From a virus, in IMG/VR virus record IMGVR_UViG_3300028388_001983, positions 1 through 64,000 of that record: a stretch of DNA of 64,000 bases; one strand, written 5' to 3'. The notes below the pieces were generated by a model. It saw nothing but the letters and a program-made list of their open reading frames with translations, made no database searches and was not told the origin of the DNA. Shown here one piece after another: positions 1-8,374 of the stretch. Position 1 is the stretch's first letter. Each line of letters opens with the position of its first letter. The translations under genes were made by a program, and so were the position numbers.

Positions 1-1
1 A

Positions 2-334
2 TTAGATTGTTCATTATTTACTATAGAATTTCCAACATATTATTATTATGAATATTATTGTTTTTTATCTGGAAAATATAGTTATTTTAGAGAACAGTCA
101 AAAAAGACAATTTTAAAATTTCTTAGAAATAATTCTAGAGCTATTCCAGTAATTAATAAAATAAAACAAGTATTATACAAAGAAAATAGATTAAGGTTTA
201 ATCTCCAAAAATTATTAGATGTGGCAATAGATGAAAACTCTGAATTGTCTAGTATAATTAATAATCATGAAGAAACCTTTTATTATGACAAGTTTGAACT
301 CATTAGAGGAGCAGAAATTAAAATTGATGAATAA
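2..334 (+). CDS. Partial (5'-truncated) hypothetical protein resembling a conserved crAss-like replication-arm protein
   Basis: Manual translation of frame 2 is open from the window edge: LDCSLFTIEF...FLSGKYSYF...ELSSIINNHEETF...IKIDE*. Confidence 0.75.
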   Translation, partial: LDCSLFTIEFPTYYYYEYYCFLSGKYSYFREQSKKTILKFLRNNSRAIPVINKIKQVLYKENRLRFNLQKLLDVAIDENSELSSIINNHEETFYYDKFELIRGAEIKIDE

Positions 335-438
335 TATAACAGACGTAGAAATTGTACAAGCATTAAAAAAAATTCTGTTATGAAATTCCTAACGATCAAT
401 TACTTGGAGAAAGTCTTAGAGATGTAATGAGTAGGTAT
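327..438 (+). pseudogene. Small ORF interrupted at an A8 run
   Basis: Reads MNNITDVEIVQALKKILL* as given. Removing one A from the run at 365-372 gives MNNITDVEIVQALKKFCYEIPNDQLLGESLRDVMSRY*. Confidence 0.4.
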
Positions 439-450
439 TAGAATATTTTT

Positions 451-477
451 GGGGGGATATTTGTATATCTCCCCTTA
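451..477 (+). terminator. Hairpin, possible intrinsic terminator, overlapping the -33 promoter element
   Basis: GGGGGGATAT-TTGT-ATATCTCCCC followed by TTAATTT. Confidence 0.55.
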
Positions 478-491
478 ATTTCGTATCTTTG
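460..491 (+). promoter_or_regulatory. Bacteroidota primary-sigma promoter for the RNR operon
   Basis: TTTG (460-463), 20-nt spacer, TATCTTTG (484-491), matching the TTTG/TAnnTTTG consensus. Confidence 0.8.
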
Positions 492-517
492 TAGGCTTTT
501 TCCCATATTAAAAAATA

Positions 518-2950
518 GTGTATATGAATGAAGAGATATTGAAGTGGTTTGATGGCGATGAACTCGCTGCAAAAGTGTGGTTGGATAAATATGCACTTAG
601 AGATGACAATGATAACTTATTAGAGGATCATCCTAAAAAAACTTTTATCCGTATAGCTAAAGAATTTGCAAGAATTGAAGAAAAATATCCCAATCCTATA
701 TTATATGAAGAAATACTGGAATTACTTTTAAGTAAAACTATTATTCCAGCAGGTTCTCCATTATTTGGAATAGGAAATAAATTTTCTTTATCTAGTCTTG
801 GTAATTGTTTTGTAATAGGTAATCAAGCAGATTCTTATGGTGGAATATTAAAAGATGATGAAGAATTAGTTCAATTAATGAAACGTAGAGCTGGTGTTGG
901 TTTAGATTTATCTCATTTAAGATATTATAAAGCTCCTACTACTAATTCAGCTAAAAGTTCTACTGGTACAGTTCCATTTATGGAAAGGTATTCTAACTCT
1001 ACAAGAGAAGTAGCACAAGAGGGACGTAGGGGGGCCTTAATGCTATCTTTAGATATTAGCCATCCAGATATTTTAAAATTTATTGAGGTTAAAGATGATA
1101 GAAGTAAAGTTACTGGTGCTAATGTATCTGTTAAAATTACAGATGAATTTATGAAAGCTGTAGAAAATGATGAACCTTATGAATTAAAATTTATTCCTAA
1201 GTCTACAAGTTTAGTAGATAAAAAAAGAGCTAAACAAGTAAAAAGTATTACAGTTAGTGCCAAACATATTTGGGATAAAATAGTTCATCAAGCTTGGAAA
1301 TCAGCAGAACCGGGTATTTTATTTTGGGATACTATCAAAAAAGGATCGCCAGCAGATTGTTATGAAAGTTTTCAAAGTATTACGACAAATCCTTGTGGAG
1401 AAATTCCATTAAACACTTATGATAGTTGTCGTTTACTTTCTATAAATCTTTATAAAGTTATAAAAAATCCATTTACTAAAAATGCTAGTATAGATTTTGA
1501 AAAGCTTAATAGGATTTCTTATGTAGCCCAAAAGTTAATGGATGATCTAGTAGATTTAGAACGTGAGAAAATAGAAGCTATTATACAAAAAATAGAATCT
1601 GATCCAGAACCTGAAGACATTAAACGTACAGAATTAAGTCTTTGGAGTAAAATTTTAAACAAACTTCTATTAGGTAGAAGGACTGGTTTATCTGGTATAG
1701 GATTAGCTGATATGTTAGCTTCATTAAATCTTAAATATGATGCAAATGATTCTATCTATTTTACTGGTAAGGTGTATAGAGAAATAGCTAGAAATTCTTA
1801 TATGGCTTCTCTGGATATGGCAGCAGATAGAGGATGTTTCTTAGAATTTGATTATGATGAAGAAAAACATAATCCATTTTTAAATAGAGTTATTAGTACT
1901 TTATCAGAAGATTATCAAACCTCATGGAAAGAATCTGGTCGTAGAAATATTGCTAATTTAACTATACCTCCTTCTGGAAGTATAAGTTTAATATCAGGCA
2001 TTTCTAGCGGTATAGAACCAGTTTTTAACTTAAGTTATACTAGACGTAGAAAAGTTGATAAAAATCATCCTAATGTCTCCTATGTAGACCAAAATGGTGA
2101 TACTTGGGAAGAGTATAAAGTTACTCATCCTAAACTTAAAACTTGGTTCAAAAATAATGTATTTGATATCACTTGGGAACAGTTTTTAGAAGATGATGAT
2201 TTATATCTTGATACTATTAAAGATTGTCCTTATTTTAAATCTACAACTAATGATATTAATCCACAAATAAAATTGATGTTACAAGCTGTAGCTCAAAACT
2301 GGGTAGATCATTCAATATCAGTTACTAATAATCTTCCTGAAGATACAACTGAGAAAGAAGTATCAGACATCTACTTTGAAGCTTGGAAACTTGGATTAAA
2401 AGGTTGTACTATTTATAGAGAAGGTAGTAGGTCTGGTGTATTAATAAATGAACCTAAGTTTAACTATAATACAGCCTTTAAAAGACCAAAAACTATAAAT
2501 GGGGAAGCTTATTCTACTATAGTTAAAGGTGAAAAATTTACTGTAATAGTAGGATTAATAGATAATAAAGTTTATGAAGTATTTGCTTATAAAGGTAATG
2601 GTTTATTGGGTAGTGGCCAAATAGTAAAACAAAAGAAGAGGTACTATATATTCAAAACTGAAGAAGGGGAATTTGAAATTACTAATAATCTTACAGATGA
2701 ACAAGAAGCTATTACTAGAGGATACTCATATGGTTTACGTCATGGTGGTGATGTTAAATTTGCTGTAGAACAGCTTAATAAAACTAAAGGAGATTTAACC
2801 TCATTTAGTAAAGCTATTGCTCGTGTTCTTAAAAAGTATATACCCAATCAAAATATTAATGGAGACTCTTGTCCTGAATGTCATAATAAAGAGCTTCAAT
2901 ATGCTGACGGTTGTATATTCTGTAAGAATTGTGGTTGGACTAAATGTTAA
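518..2950 (+). CDS. nrdJ: Class II (adenosylcobalamin-dependent) ribonucleotide reductase
   Basis: GNCFV, RRGALM, ANVSV, TNPCGE catalytic motif, RRTGL, PSGSIS...SSGIEP, KGCTIYR and a C-terminal CPEC...CKNCGWTKC; no small-subunit gene adjacent. Confidence 0.93.
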   Translation: MYMNEEILKWFDGDELAAKVWLDKYALRDDNDNLLEDHPKKTFIRIAKEFARIEEKYPNPILYEEILELLLSKTIIPAGSPLFGIGNKFSLSSLGNCFVIGNQADSYGGILKDDEELVQLMKRRAGVGLDLSHLRYYKAPTTNSAKSSTGTVPFMERYSNSTREVAQEGRRGALMLSLDISHPDILKFIEVKDDRSKVTGANVSVKITDEFMKAVENDEPYELKFIPKSTSLVDKKRAKQVKSITVSAKHIWDKIVHQAWKSAEPGILFWDTIKKGSPADCYESFQSITTNPCGEIPLNTYDSCRLLSINLYKVIKNPFTKNASIDFEKLNRISYVAQKLMDDLVDLEREKIEAIIQKIESDPEPEDIKRTELSLWSKILNKLLLGRRTGLSGIGLADMLASLNLKYDANDSIYFTGKVYREIARNSYMASLDMAADRGCFLEFDYDEEKHNPFLNRVISTLSEDYQTSWKESGRRNIANLTIPPSGSISLISGISSGIEPVFNLSYTRRRKVDKNHPNVSYVDQNGDTWEEYKVTHPKLKTWFKNNVFDITWEQFLEDDDLYLDTIKDCPYFKSTTNDINPQIKLMLQAVAQNWVDHSISVTNNLPEDTTEKEVSDIYFEAWKLGLKGCTIYREGSRSGVLINEPKFNYNTAFKRPKTINGEAYSTIVKGEKFTVIVGLIDNKVYEVFAYKGNGLLGSGQIVKQKKRYYIFKTEEGEFEITNNLTDEQEAITRGYSYGLRHGGDVKFAVEQLNKTKGDLTSFSKAIARVLKKYIPNQNINGDSCPECHNKELQYADGCIFCKNCGWTKC

Positions 2951-2954
2951 TTAT

Positions 2955-3047
2955 ATGAGGTTAAAAATTATAGATGTAACAAATAATGATAAATTTTTAT
3001 TTATCTTATTTAATAATGAAGAGATATTTCTATATGGACTAAATTAA
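2955..3047 (+). CDS. Small hypothetical protein (30 aa)
   Basis: ATG 4 nt after the nrdJ stop; MRLKIIDVTNNDKFLFILFNNEEIFLYGLN; packed against the next ORF. Confidence 0.45.
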   Translation: MRLKIIDVTNNDKFLFILFNNEEIFLYGLN

Positions 3048-3052
3048 ATAAT

Positions 3053-3379
3053 ATGGATGAATTAGTAATTATAAATTTTAACGAAGAAGTTCATAAATAT
3101 TCTACAAAAGAAGAAAGACAAACATTTAAAAATCAAAATATAGATTCATTTGTAGACTTTGTAAAAACGAATAAATATTTTATAACTGTAAATGTTTATT
3201 GTTTTGAAAAAACCTCAAAATATTCTTCGTTCTCTTATTATATTAAACCTAGTTCTGATTTTTTAATGAAGAAGCAAATTCTTGATAAAGGAACAATTAG
3301 TTATGGAAGGTGGTTTTGGCCTCATGGTAGTTGGGGAAGGTTTTATATAGGAGAGGAGCCAGAAAGAGACAGTGATTAA
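3053..3379 (+). CDS. Hypothetical protein
   Basis: 108-aa ORF in operon context. Confidence 0.7.
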   Translation: MDELVIINFNEEVHKYSTKEERQTFKNQNIDSFVDFVKTNKYFITVNVYCFEKTSKYSSFSYYIKPSSDFLMKKQILDKGTISYGRWFWPHGSWGRFYIGEEPERDSD

Positions 3380-3390
3380 ATTAAACAATT

Positions 3391-3545
3391 AATCTCCCCA
3401 CAAGACCCAGGTTTATAGTGATATAAATGCTTGCTGTTAGGCTACCGTCCGTCAATAGCAGAGGCGTTGTTAAAAAGGGTTCATAGTGCAACGTGATTAC
3501 TAATGGGAGGATAGCAAACCAGGAACCCTGCGTGGGGAGATTTTT
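3391..3545 (+). ncRNA. Putative structured non-coding RNA, family not recognised
   Basis: GC-rich intergenic island closed by an 11-bp stem (AATCTCCCCAC 3391-3401 / GTGGGGAGATT 3532-3542). Internal hairpin TTTATA-GTGA-TATAAA (GNRA loop), TGCTGTT/AATAGCA arm, AGGGTTC/GAACCCT stem, then a T run. Confidence 0.65.
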
Positions 3546-3553
3546 ATACTAAA

Positions 3554-3703
3554 ATGAAAAAAAAATACAAGGTAAAAGAAAAATGGGCATTCCCACATGA
3601 TTTTTCGATCTATGATGTGGTTAAAGGAAGCAAATGGTATGCTTCATTTGCCTTTAAAGAAGATGCTGAGGAATATGCAATGAATAAAAACAATGAAAAA
3701 TGA
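3554..3703 (+). CDS. Small hypothetical protein (49 aa)
   Basis: MKKKYKVKEKWAFPHDFSIYDVVKGSKWYASFAFKEDAEEYAMNKNNEK*; ATGA overlap with the next gene. Confidence 0.65.
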   Translation: MKKKYKVKEKWAFPHDFSIYDVVKGSKWYASFAFKEDAEEYAMNKNNEK

Positions 3704-4065
3704 ACGAAATTATTGAGGGCAATACACTCATTGCTGAATTTATGGGTGGTAAAGTTGTAGATAGTATATTTATATGTAATGAATCTACTGAAACTTATGC
3801 TGAAAAATTTTTACATCGTTATAATATTGCTTTAGCATTATATGACTCATCATGGGACTGGCTTATGCCTGTAGTTGAAAAAATAAATGATCTAGGATTT
3901 AGAACAGAAATACATAATAACTCTACTTTAATATTTCATGATGTTAAATTGGATGAAATTATAAATCCTCCATATGGATATGGTGAACAAGATAAATGGA
4001 TTGACATAACTTGGAAAGCAGTAGTAGATTTTATTAAATGGTATAATGAAAACGTTAAAACTTAA
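3700..4065 (+). CDS. Hypothetical phage protein (N..IAEFMG...WDWLMPVVEKI type)
   Basis: Motifs NTLIAEFMG, SSWDWLMPVVEKI and AVVDFIKWYN, typical of a small Bacteroidota-phage family. Confidence 0.75.
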   Translation: MNEIIEGNTLIAEFMGGKVVDSIFICNESTETYAEKFLHRYNIALALYDSSWDWLMPVVEKINDLGFRTEIHNNSTLIFHDVKLDEIINPPYGYGEQDKWIDITWKAVVDFIKWYNENVKT

Positions 4066-4657
4066 TATAAAAGAATATAATATATGGTTTACTTCTGATA
4101 CACATTTTAATCATAAGAATATCATTAAATATTGTGATCGTCCATTTAATAGTGTAAGAGAAATGGATGGTACTATGATAGAAAATTGGAACAATTTGGT
4201 AGAGCCTAATGATATAGTTTTTCATGCGGGAGATTTCTGTTTTGGACAATATAAAACTTGGAAATTTTTTACTGATGCATTAAATGGTAGAATTTATTTA
4301 TCTCAAGGTAATCATGATAAAGATAATAGTATTCCAAGAAATACCTTTGAAAGAATAGAACAATTCTACAATTTACTTATTCAAGGAGATGAAGAGATTT
4401 CACAAGGTCAAAGAATTACTGTATGTCATTATCCAATGCTTTCATGGTATCACTCTCATAGAGGATCATGGCAATTATTTGGACATGTACATGGTGCATT
4501 GACTAATACAAATTTAGCAGATGATGGATTTAATTTAAATGGAAAACTTACTCCCAATCAATTAGATATAGGTGTAGATGTCCATGATTTTGAACCTATA
4601 TCATATGAACAAGTAAAATTAATAATAACAAAACAAAACTTAAGAAAGGAGGAATAA
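4046..4657 (+). CDS. Calcineurin-like metallophosphoesterase
   Basis: FTSDTHFNH, HAGDF, GNHD, CHYP and FGHVH metal-binding motifs. Confidence 0.9.
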   Translation: MKTLKLNIKEYNIWFTSDTHFNHKNIIKYCDRPFNSVREMDGTMIENWNNLVEPNDIVFHAGDFCFGQYKTWKFFTDALNGRIYLSQGNHDKDNSIPRNTFERIEQFYNLLIQGDEEISQGQRITVCHYPMLSWYHSHRGSWQLFGHVHGALTNTNLADDGFNLNGKLTPNQLDIGVDVHDFEPISYEQVKLIITKQNLRKEE

Positions 4658-4658
4658 T

Positions 4659-4757
4659 ATGAAACCAGCAACTATTAAAGTTCGCCCATTTCAAAGAAGT
4701 AGTTATAGAGATATGACTACATCTTATAAACGTGATAAACAAGATTGGAAGTTATAA
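4659..4757 (+). CDS. Small hypothetical protein (32 aa)
   Basis: MKPATIKVRPFQRSSYRDMTTSYKRDKQDWKL*; preceded by AGGAGG; TAATG overlap with the next ORF. Confidence 0.5.
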   Translation: MKPATIKVRPFQRSSYRDMTTSYKRDKQDWKL

Positions 4758-4936
4758 TGAATAAAAAGATGAGGAAGGCCATTGTAGAAGACTTTCACTT
4801 TGTAGTAGAAGTTGAACTACGATGTCCTTATTGTAAAGAGTATCACTTAGTAATAGTAGAATCTCCATACCATGATAAGATTCATAAGTGTATATATTGT
4901 AAAAAAGAGTTTAAAACTGAAAAATTTAAGTTGTAA
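4757..4936 (+). CDS. Small zinc-ribbon protein
   Basis: CPYC...CIYC; start probably the ATG at 4757. Confidence 0.65.
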   Translation: MNKKMRKAIVEDFHFVVEVELRCPYCKEYHLVIVESPYHDKIHKCIYCKKEFKTEKFKL

Positions 4937-4937
4937 A

Positions 4938-4969
4938 TTTGGATAATTCAAAAATTTTTCTTATATTTG
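4938..4969 (+). promoter_or_regulatory. Bacteroidota primary-sigma promoter
   Basis: TTTG (4938-4941), 20-nt spacer, TATATTTG (4962-4969). Confidence 0.8.
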
Positions 4970-4995
4970 TAAGCTTAACTTATAAATAAAATTTT

Positions 4996-5547
4996 ATGAA
5001 AAAGTTAATAGTTATAATTTTAGTATCATTTATAGGTACTGTCGGAGCATTTATGGGTAATCATCCTGATAAACTCCAGAGTGAGGTAGAGACAATAATT
5101 AAGCAGATAAAAAAGTTTGAAAAACTTGATAGAATTGCTGAATTAGAGAGTTCTGAACTTACCATACAGAATTTAGATGAATATATGACATTGGTGGGGA
5201 TAAGAAATAAGGATATAGTACTAAGACAAATAATATTAGAATCAGGTTGGTTGAGAAGTGGTTTAACCAGACGTTATAATAATCTTTTAGGTATGAAATA
5301 TGCAAGAATAAGACCTACACTTGCTAAAGGTACTGCATTAGGACATGCAAGATTTGATCATTGGACAGATAGTGTAAAAGATTATGTACTATGGAGAATA
5401 TACTGGGAAAATAAAGGGCATGATACTAGTAACTATTATGCTTTTCTAAAGAAGATTGGATATGCTGAAAGCAAACGATATATAGCAACTCTACAATCTA
5501 TCAAAATAGATAGAGAAGTTCACAAAATAAAACATTGGCACACATAA
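4996..5547 (+). CDS. Glucosaminidase (GH73-like) peptidoglycan hydrolase with N-terminal signal/TM segment
   Basis: MKKLIVIILVSFIGTVGA hydrophobic N-terminus; ILESGW, YNNLLGMK, WTDSVKDY and GYAESKRY motifs. Confidence 0.8.
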   Translation: MKKLIVIILVSFIGTVGAFMGNHPDKLQSEVETIIKQIKKFEKLDRIAELESSELTIQNLDEYMTLVGIRNKDIVLRQIILESGWLRSGLTRRYNNLLGMKYARIRPTLAKGTALGHARFDHWTDSVKDYVLWRIYWENKGHDTSNYYAFLKKIGYAESKRYIATLQSIKIDREVHKIKHWHT

Positions 5548-5577
5548 AATATTTAGTTACGTTCCGTTTTTGTTTTA

Positions 5578-5607
5578 GGGGGGGCTATTTTATAGCCCCC
5601 TTTTTTT
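5578..5607 (+). terminator. Intrinsic terminator
   Basis: GGGGGCTA-TTTTA-TAGCCCCC followed by T7. Confidence 0.88.
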
Positions 5608-5636
5608 GTTTTTAATTAAAATTTTTATTATCTTTG
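5605..5636 (+). promoter_or_regulatory. Bacteroidota primary-sigma promoter for the polA operon
   Basis: TTTG (5605-5608), 20-nt spacer, TATCTTTG (5629-5636). Confidence 0.8.
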
Positions 5637-5640
5637 TATT

Positions 5641-5784
5641 ATGAAATATAAACAAACAAAAATACCACCAGACCATAAAAGTGAACCAAAATGTATTATA
5701 TTCTGGATAATACTTTTAGGATTATTAATATTTTCAGTTACTATGGGTTTATTTTTATTACTTTTAACATGGATAGGAATTTAA
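5641..5784 (+). CDS. Small single-pass membrane protein (47 aa), possibly leaderless
   Basis: MKYKQTKIPPDHKSEPKCIIFWIILLGLLIFSVTMGLFLLLLTWIGI*; ATG 4 nt after the -7 element. Confidence 0.6.
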   Translation: MKYKQTKIPPDHKSEPKCIIFWIILLGLLIFSVTMGLFLLLLTWIGI

Positions 5785-5790
5785 TTTAAC

Positions 5791-7764
5791 ATGATATATA
5801 TTATTACCAATAGAAAGAAGTTGTTTGATGGAATAAGAGGAATTAGATTCTCCTCTTTAGAAGTGGTTAAGAGATATTTTGGTAATAAAAAGTACATTAG
5901 CTGCGATACAGAAACAACAGGATTTGATCCTTACACAAATAGATTACTTACTGTTCAAGTAGGTGATATAGAAAATCAATTTATAATTGATTGTGATTCA
6001 GTAGATATAAGAATTTTTAAGGACTTCTTTGAGTCTGATAAAATTTTTATCTTTCAAAATGCTAAATTTGATTTAAGATTTTTTCTACATAGTGGTATTA
6101 TTATAAAAAAAGTTTTTGATACTTTCTTAGCTGAAGCTATTCTTACTACTGGTATTAAAGATGCTAGAAAAGGTTTAGATTTTTTAGCTTATAAATATGC
6201 AAATGCTAGTCTTAATAAGGATATTAGAGGAGATATTAATAAGTTTGGATTGACTCAAGAAGTTATTAAATATGCTGCAGATGATGTAAAATATTTAGAA
6301 ATTATCAAAGATGCTCAGTTAAAAGAGATTAGGAAATTTGATTTATATAATACTTTAGCTTTAGATAATAAATTTGTATTAGCTTTATCTTATATAGAAT
6401 ACTGTGGTATGTATCTTAATAAAGATAAGTGGTTAGAAAAAATTAAAAACCATGAAAATAAAGCATTAGAGTATAAAGCTAAATTAAATCAATATATTTT
6501 AGAAAGTCAGTTAACTGAGTATATAGAGAATCAATTGGATTTATTTAGTAACGAAAGAAAGTGTACTATAAATTGGGACTCTCCTCAACAAGTAATAAGA
6601 CTTTTTAAAAAATTAGGTATTACTACTATTACTAAAGATAAAAAAACTGGTTTATATAAAGATTCTGTAGAATCTCATGTTCTAAAACCACAGATGAAAG
6701 ACTTTCCACTTATTGAACTATATTTAGATTATAAAGAAGAATCTAAGGAAGTCAGTACATATGGAACAGAGTTTTTTAAATATATAAATCCTAAATCTAA
6801 TAGAATACATTCACAGTTTAACCAAGTTATAAATACTGGTAGAATGTCTTCTAATAAACCTAATATTCAAAATATTCCTGCTACTACTGAGAATAGAGCA
6901 TGTTTTACTGCTGAAGAAGATAATGTTATTATTAGTTCTGATTATAGTGCTCAAGAAACTATTGTTTTAACTAATGCTTCACAAGATAAAAACTTGATAG
7001 AGTTTTATGAAAAAGGTTTAGGAGATTTACATAGTTGGGTAGCATCATTATTATTTGAAGAATTAAAAAATTTACCACTATCTGAAATTAAAAGTAAACA
7101 TGGTGATAAAAGGCAGTTAGCTAAAGGTGCTGGTTTTGCTATACAGTATGGTGGTAATGGTAGAACTATATCAGAAAATTTATCAGTATCAGAAGAAAGA
7201 GGTGAATGGGTATATAATTCTTATATGAATGCCTTTCCTGATTTAAAAAACTATTTTGAAAAAGTTCAATCAGAGTCTCATAGAAATGGTTATATAACTT
7301 TTAATCAAATTACTAAAAGGAAATCTTTCTTTGATTTTTTAGATAGATTTAAAGACCTTGAAAAAGAAGTTAATCATCCTAATTTTTGGAATGCTTATAG
7401 AATTGAAAAAAGTAATAACTCGGATATTTTTCATGAGTATTTCAGACCAATAGTAAAAGACTATTATTTTTATAAAGGTCTTATAGACAGAAGATCATTA
7501 AATTATCCTATTCAAGGAACTTCTGCAGATATTACTAAATATGCTGCTTATTTATTCTATAAATATATTCTACAAAATAATTTATTATTTAAAGTGAAAA
7601 TAATAAATATGGTACATGATGAAATATTAGTAGAAAGTCCTGAAAGTATTTCTAAAAACATAGCTAAAGAATTATCATCATGTATGGAAAAATCTGGTGA
7701 ATTATTTTGTAAAACAATTAAATTGAAAGCTAAACCAGAGATAGAAACTTATTGGAAACATTAA
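5791..7764 (+). CDS. polA: DNA polymerase family A with 3'-5' exonuclease domain
   Basis: Exo motifs DTETTG, QNAKFD, YAADDV; TGRMSSNKPNIQNIP; motif A SDYSAQE; motif B RQLAKGAGFAIQYG; NYPIQGTSAD; motif C VHDE. Confidence 0.95.
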   Translation: MIYIITNRKKLFDGIRGIRFSSLEVVKRYFGNKKYISCDTETTGFDPYTNRLLTVQVGDIENQFIIDCDSVDIRIFKDFFESDKIFIFQNAKFDLRFFLHSGIIIKKVFDTFLAEAILTTGIKDARKGLDFLAYKYANASLNKDIRGDINKFGLTQEVIKYAADDVKYLEIIKDAQLKEIRKFDLYNTLALDNKFVLALSYIEYCGMYLNKDKWLEKIKNHENKALEYKAKLNQYILESQLTEYIENQLDLFSNERKCTINWDSPQQVIRLFKKLGITTITKDKKTGLYKDSVESHVLKPQMKDFPLIELYLDYKEESKEVSTYGTEFFKYINPKSNRIHSQFNQVINTGRMSSNKPNIQNIPATTENRACFTAEEDNVIISSDYSAQETIVLTNASQDKNLIEFYEKGLGDLHSWVASLLFEELKNLPLSEIKSKHGDKRQLAKGAGFAIQYGGNGRTISENLSVSEERGEWVYNSYMNAFPDLKNYFEKVQSESHRNGYITFNQITKRKSFFDFLDRFKDLEKEVNHPNFWNAYRIEKSNNSDIFHEYFRPIVKDYYFYKGLIDRRSLNYPIQGTSADITKYAAYLFYKYILQNNLLFKVKIINMVHDEILVESPESISKNIAKELSSCMEKSGELFCKTIKLKAKPEIETYWKH

Positions 7765-7765
7765 T

Positions 7766-8095
7766 ATGAAGTGTAAAAATTGTGGATATACAAAATTTAA
7801 GAAGTTATATTATGTACACTATACAGATAAATTAGACAAGAGCAAAAATTGTTATGCTGAGGTAGTACAAGTCTGTAGAAACTGTCTAAGTTTATCAGAA
7901 ATAGGTAAACCTGAACATTATATTAAATTTAATTATTACCGTCTTCATAGTGCTTGTAAAAACTTAGAAGATTATACACTAGTAACTCCATATAATCTAG
8001 ATAAGATAGTAAGAGAATCAGAACAAGATGAAAATATAATTAATACTGAAAATAAACCTAAAAAAGATTTTATCCGTTATACATTAAAAATTTAA
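7766..8095 (+). CDS. Hypothetical zinc-binding protein
   Basis: MKCKNC...CRNC. Confidence 0.65.
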   Translation: MKCKNCGYTKFKKLYYVHYTDKLDKSKNCYAEVVQVCRNCLSLSEIGKPEHYIKFNYYRLHSACKNLEDYTLVTPYNLDKIVRESEQDENIINTENKPKKDFIRYTLKI

Positions 8096-8101
8096 ACAAA
8101 T

Positions 8102-8368
8102 ATGTTCAAAATAGGAGACTTAAAATTTATTAAAAGGTATGCAATATTACCAACTAGAGTATTATGCGAAGATGATGTGAGAAGATTAAAAATGTTTCAA
8201 CCCTACTTAGAAGTGTATGAGTGGATAGAAAAGAAGATAGAAATATTTGATTCTATGAGAGTTACATTTACAGAGGAAAAAATACAGCAGTGGGAAAAAG
8301 TTGATTTAATAGATTATAATTTCTATCCTAACTATTTAAGTCATATAGGACCCTCTACTAAAAATTGA
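8102..8368 (+). CDS. Hypothetical protein
   Basis: 88-aa ORF in tight operon spacing. Confidence 0.65.
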   Translation: MFKIGDLKFIKRYAILPTRVLCEDDVRRLKMFQPYLEVYEWIEKKIEIFDSMRVTFTEEKIQQWEKVDLIDYNFYPNYLSHIGPSTKN

Positions 8369-8374
8369 AAATCA

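Noticed and set aside
2817-2954. 5' extension of the 2817..3047 ORF
   Set aside because: Overlaps the conserved nrdJ C-terminus; the ATG at 2955 is the plausible start.
3391-3545. tRNA or cobalamin riboswitch reading of the structured island near the B12-dependent RNR
   Set aside because: No cloverleaf or T-loop GTTC arm and no B12-box; it lies downstream of nrdJ rather than in its leader.
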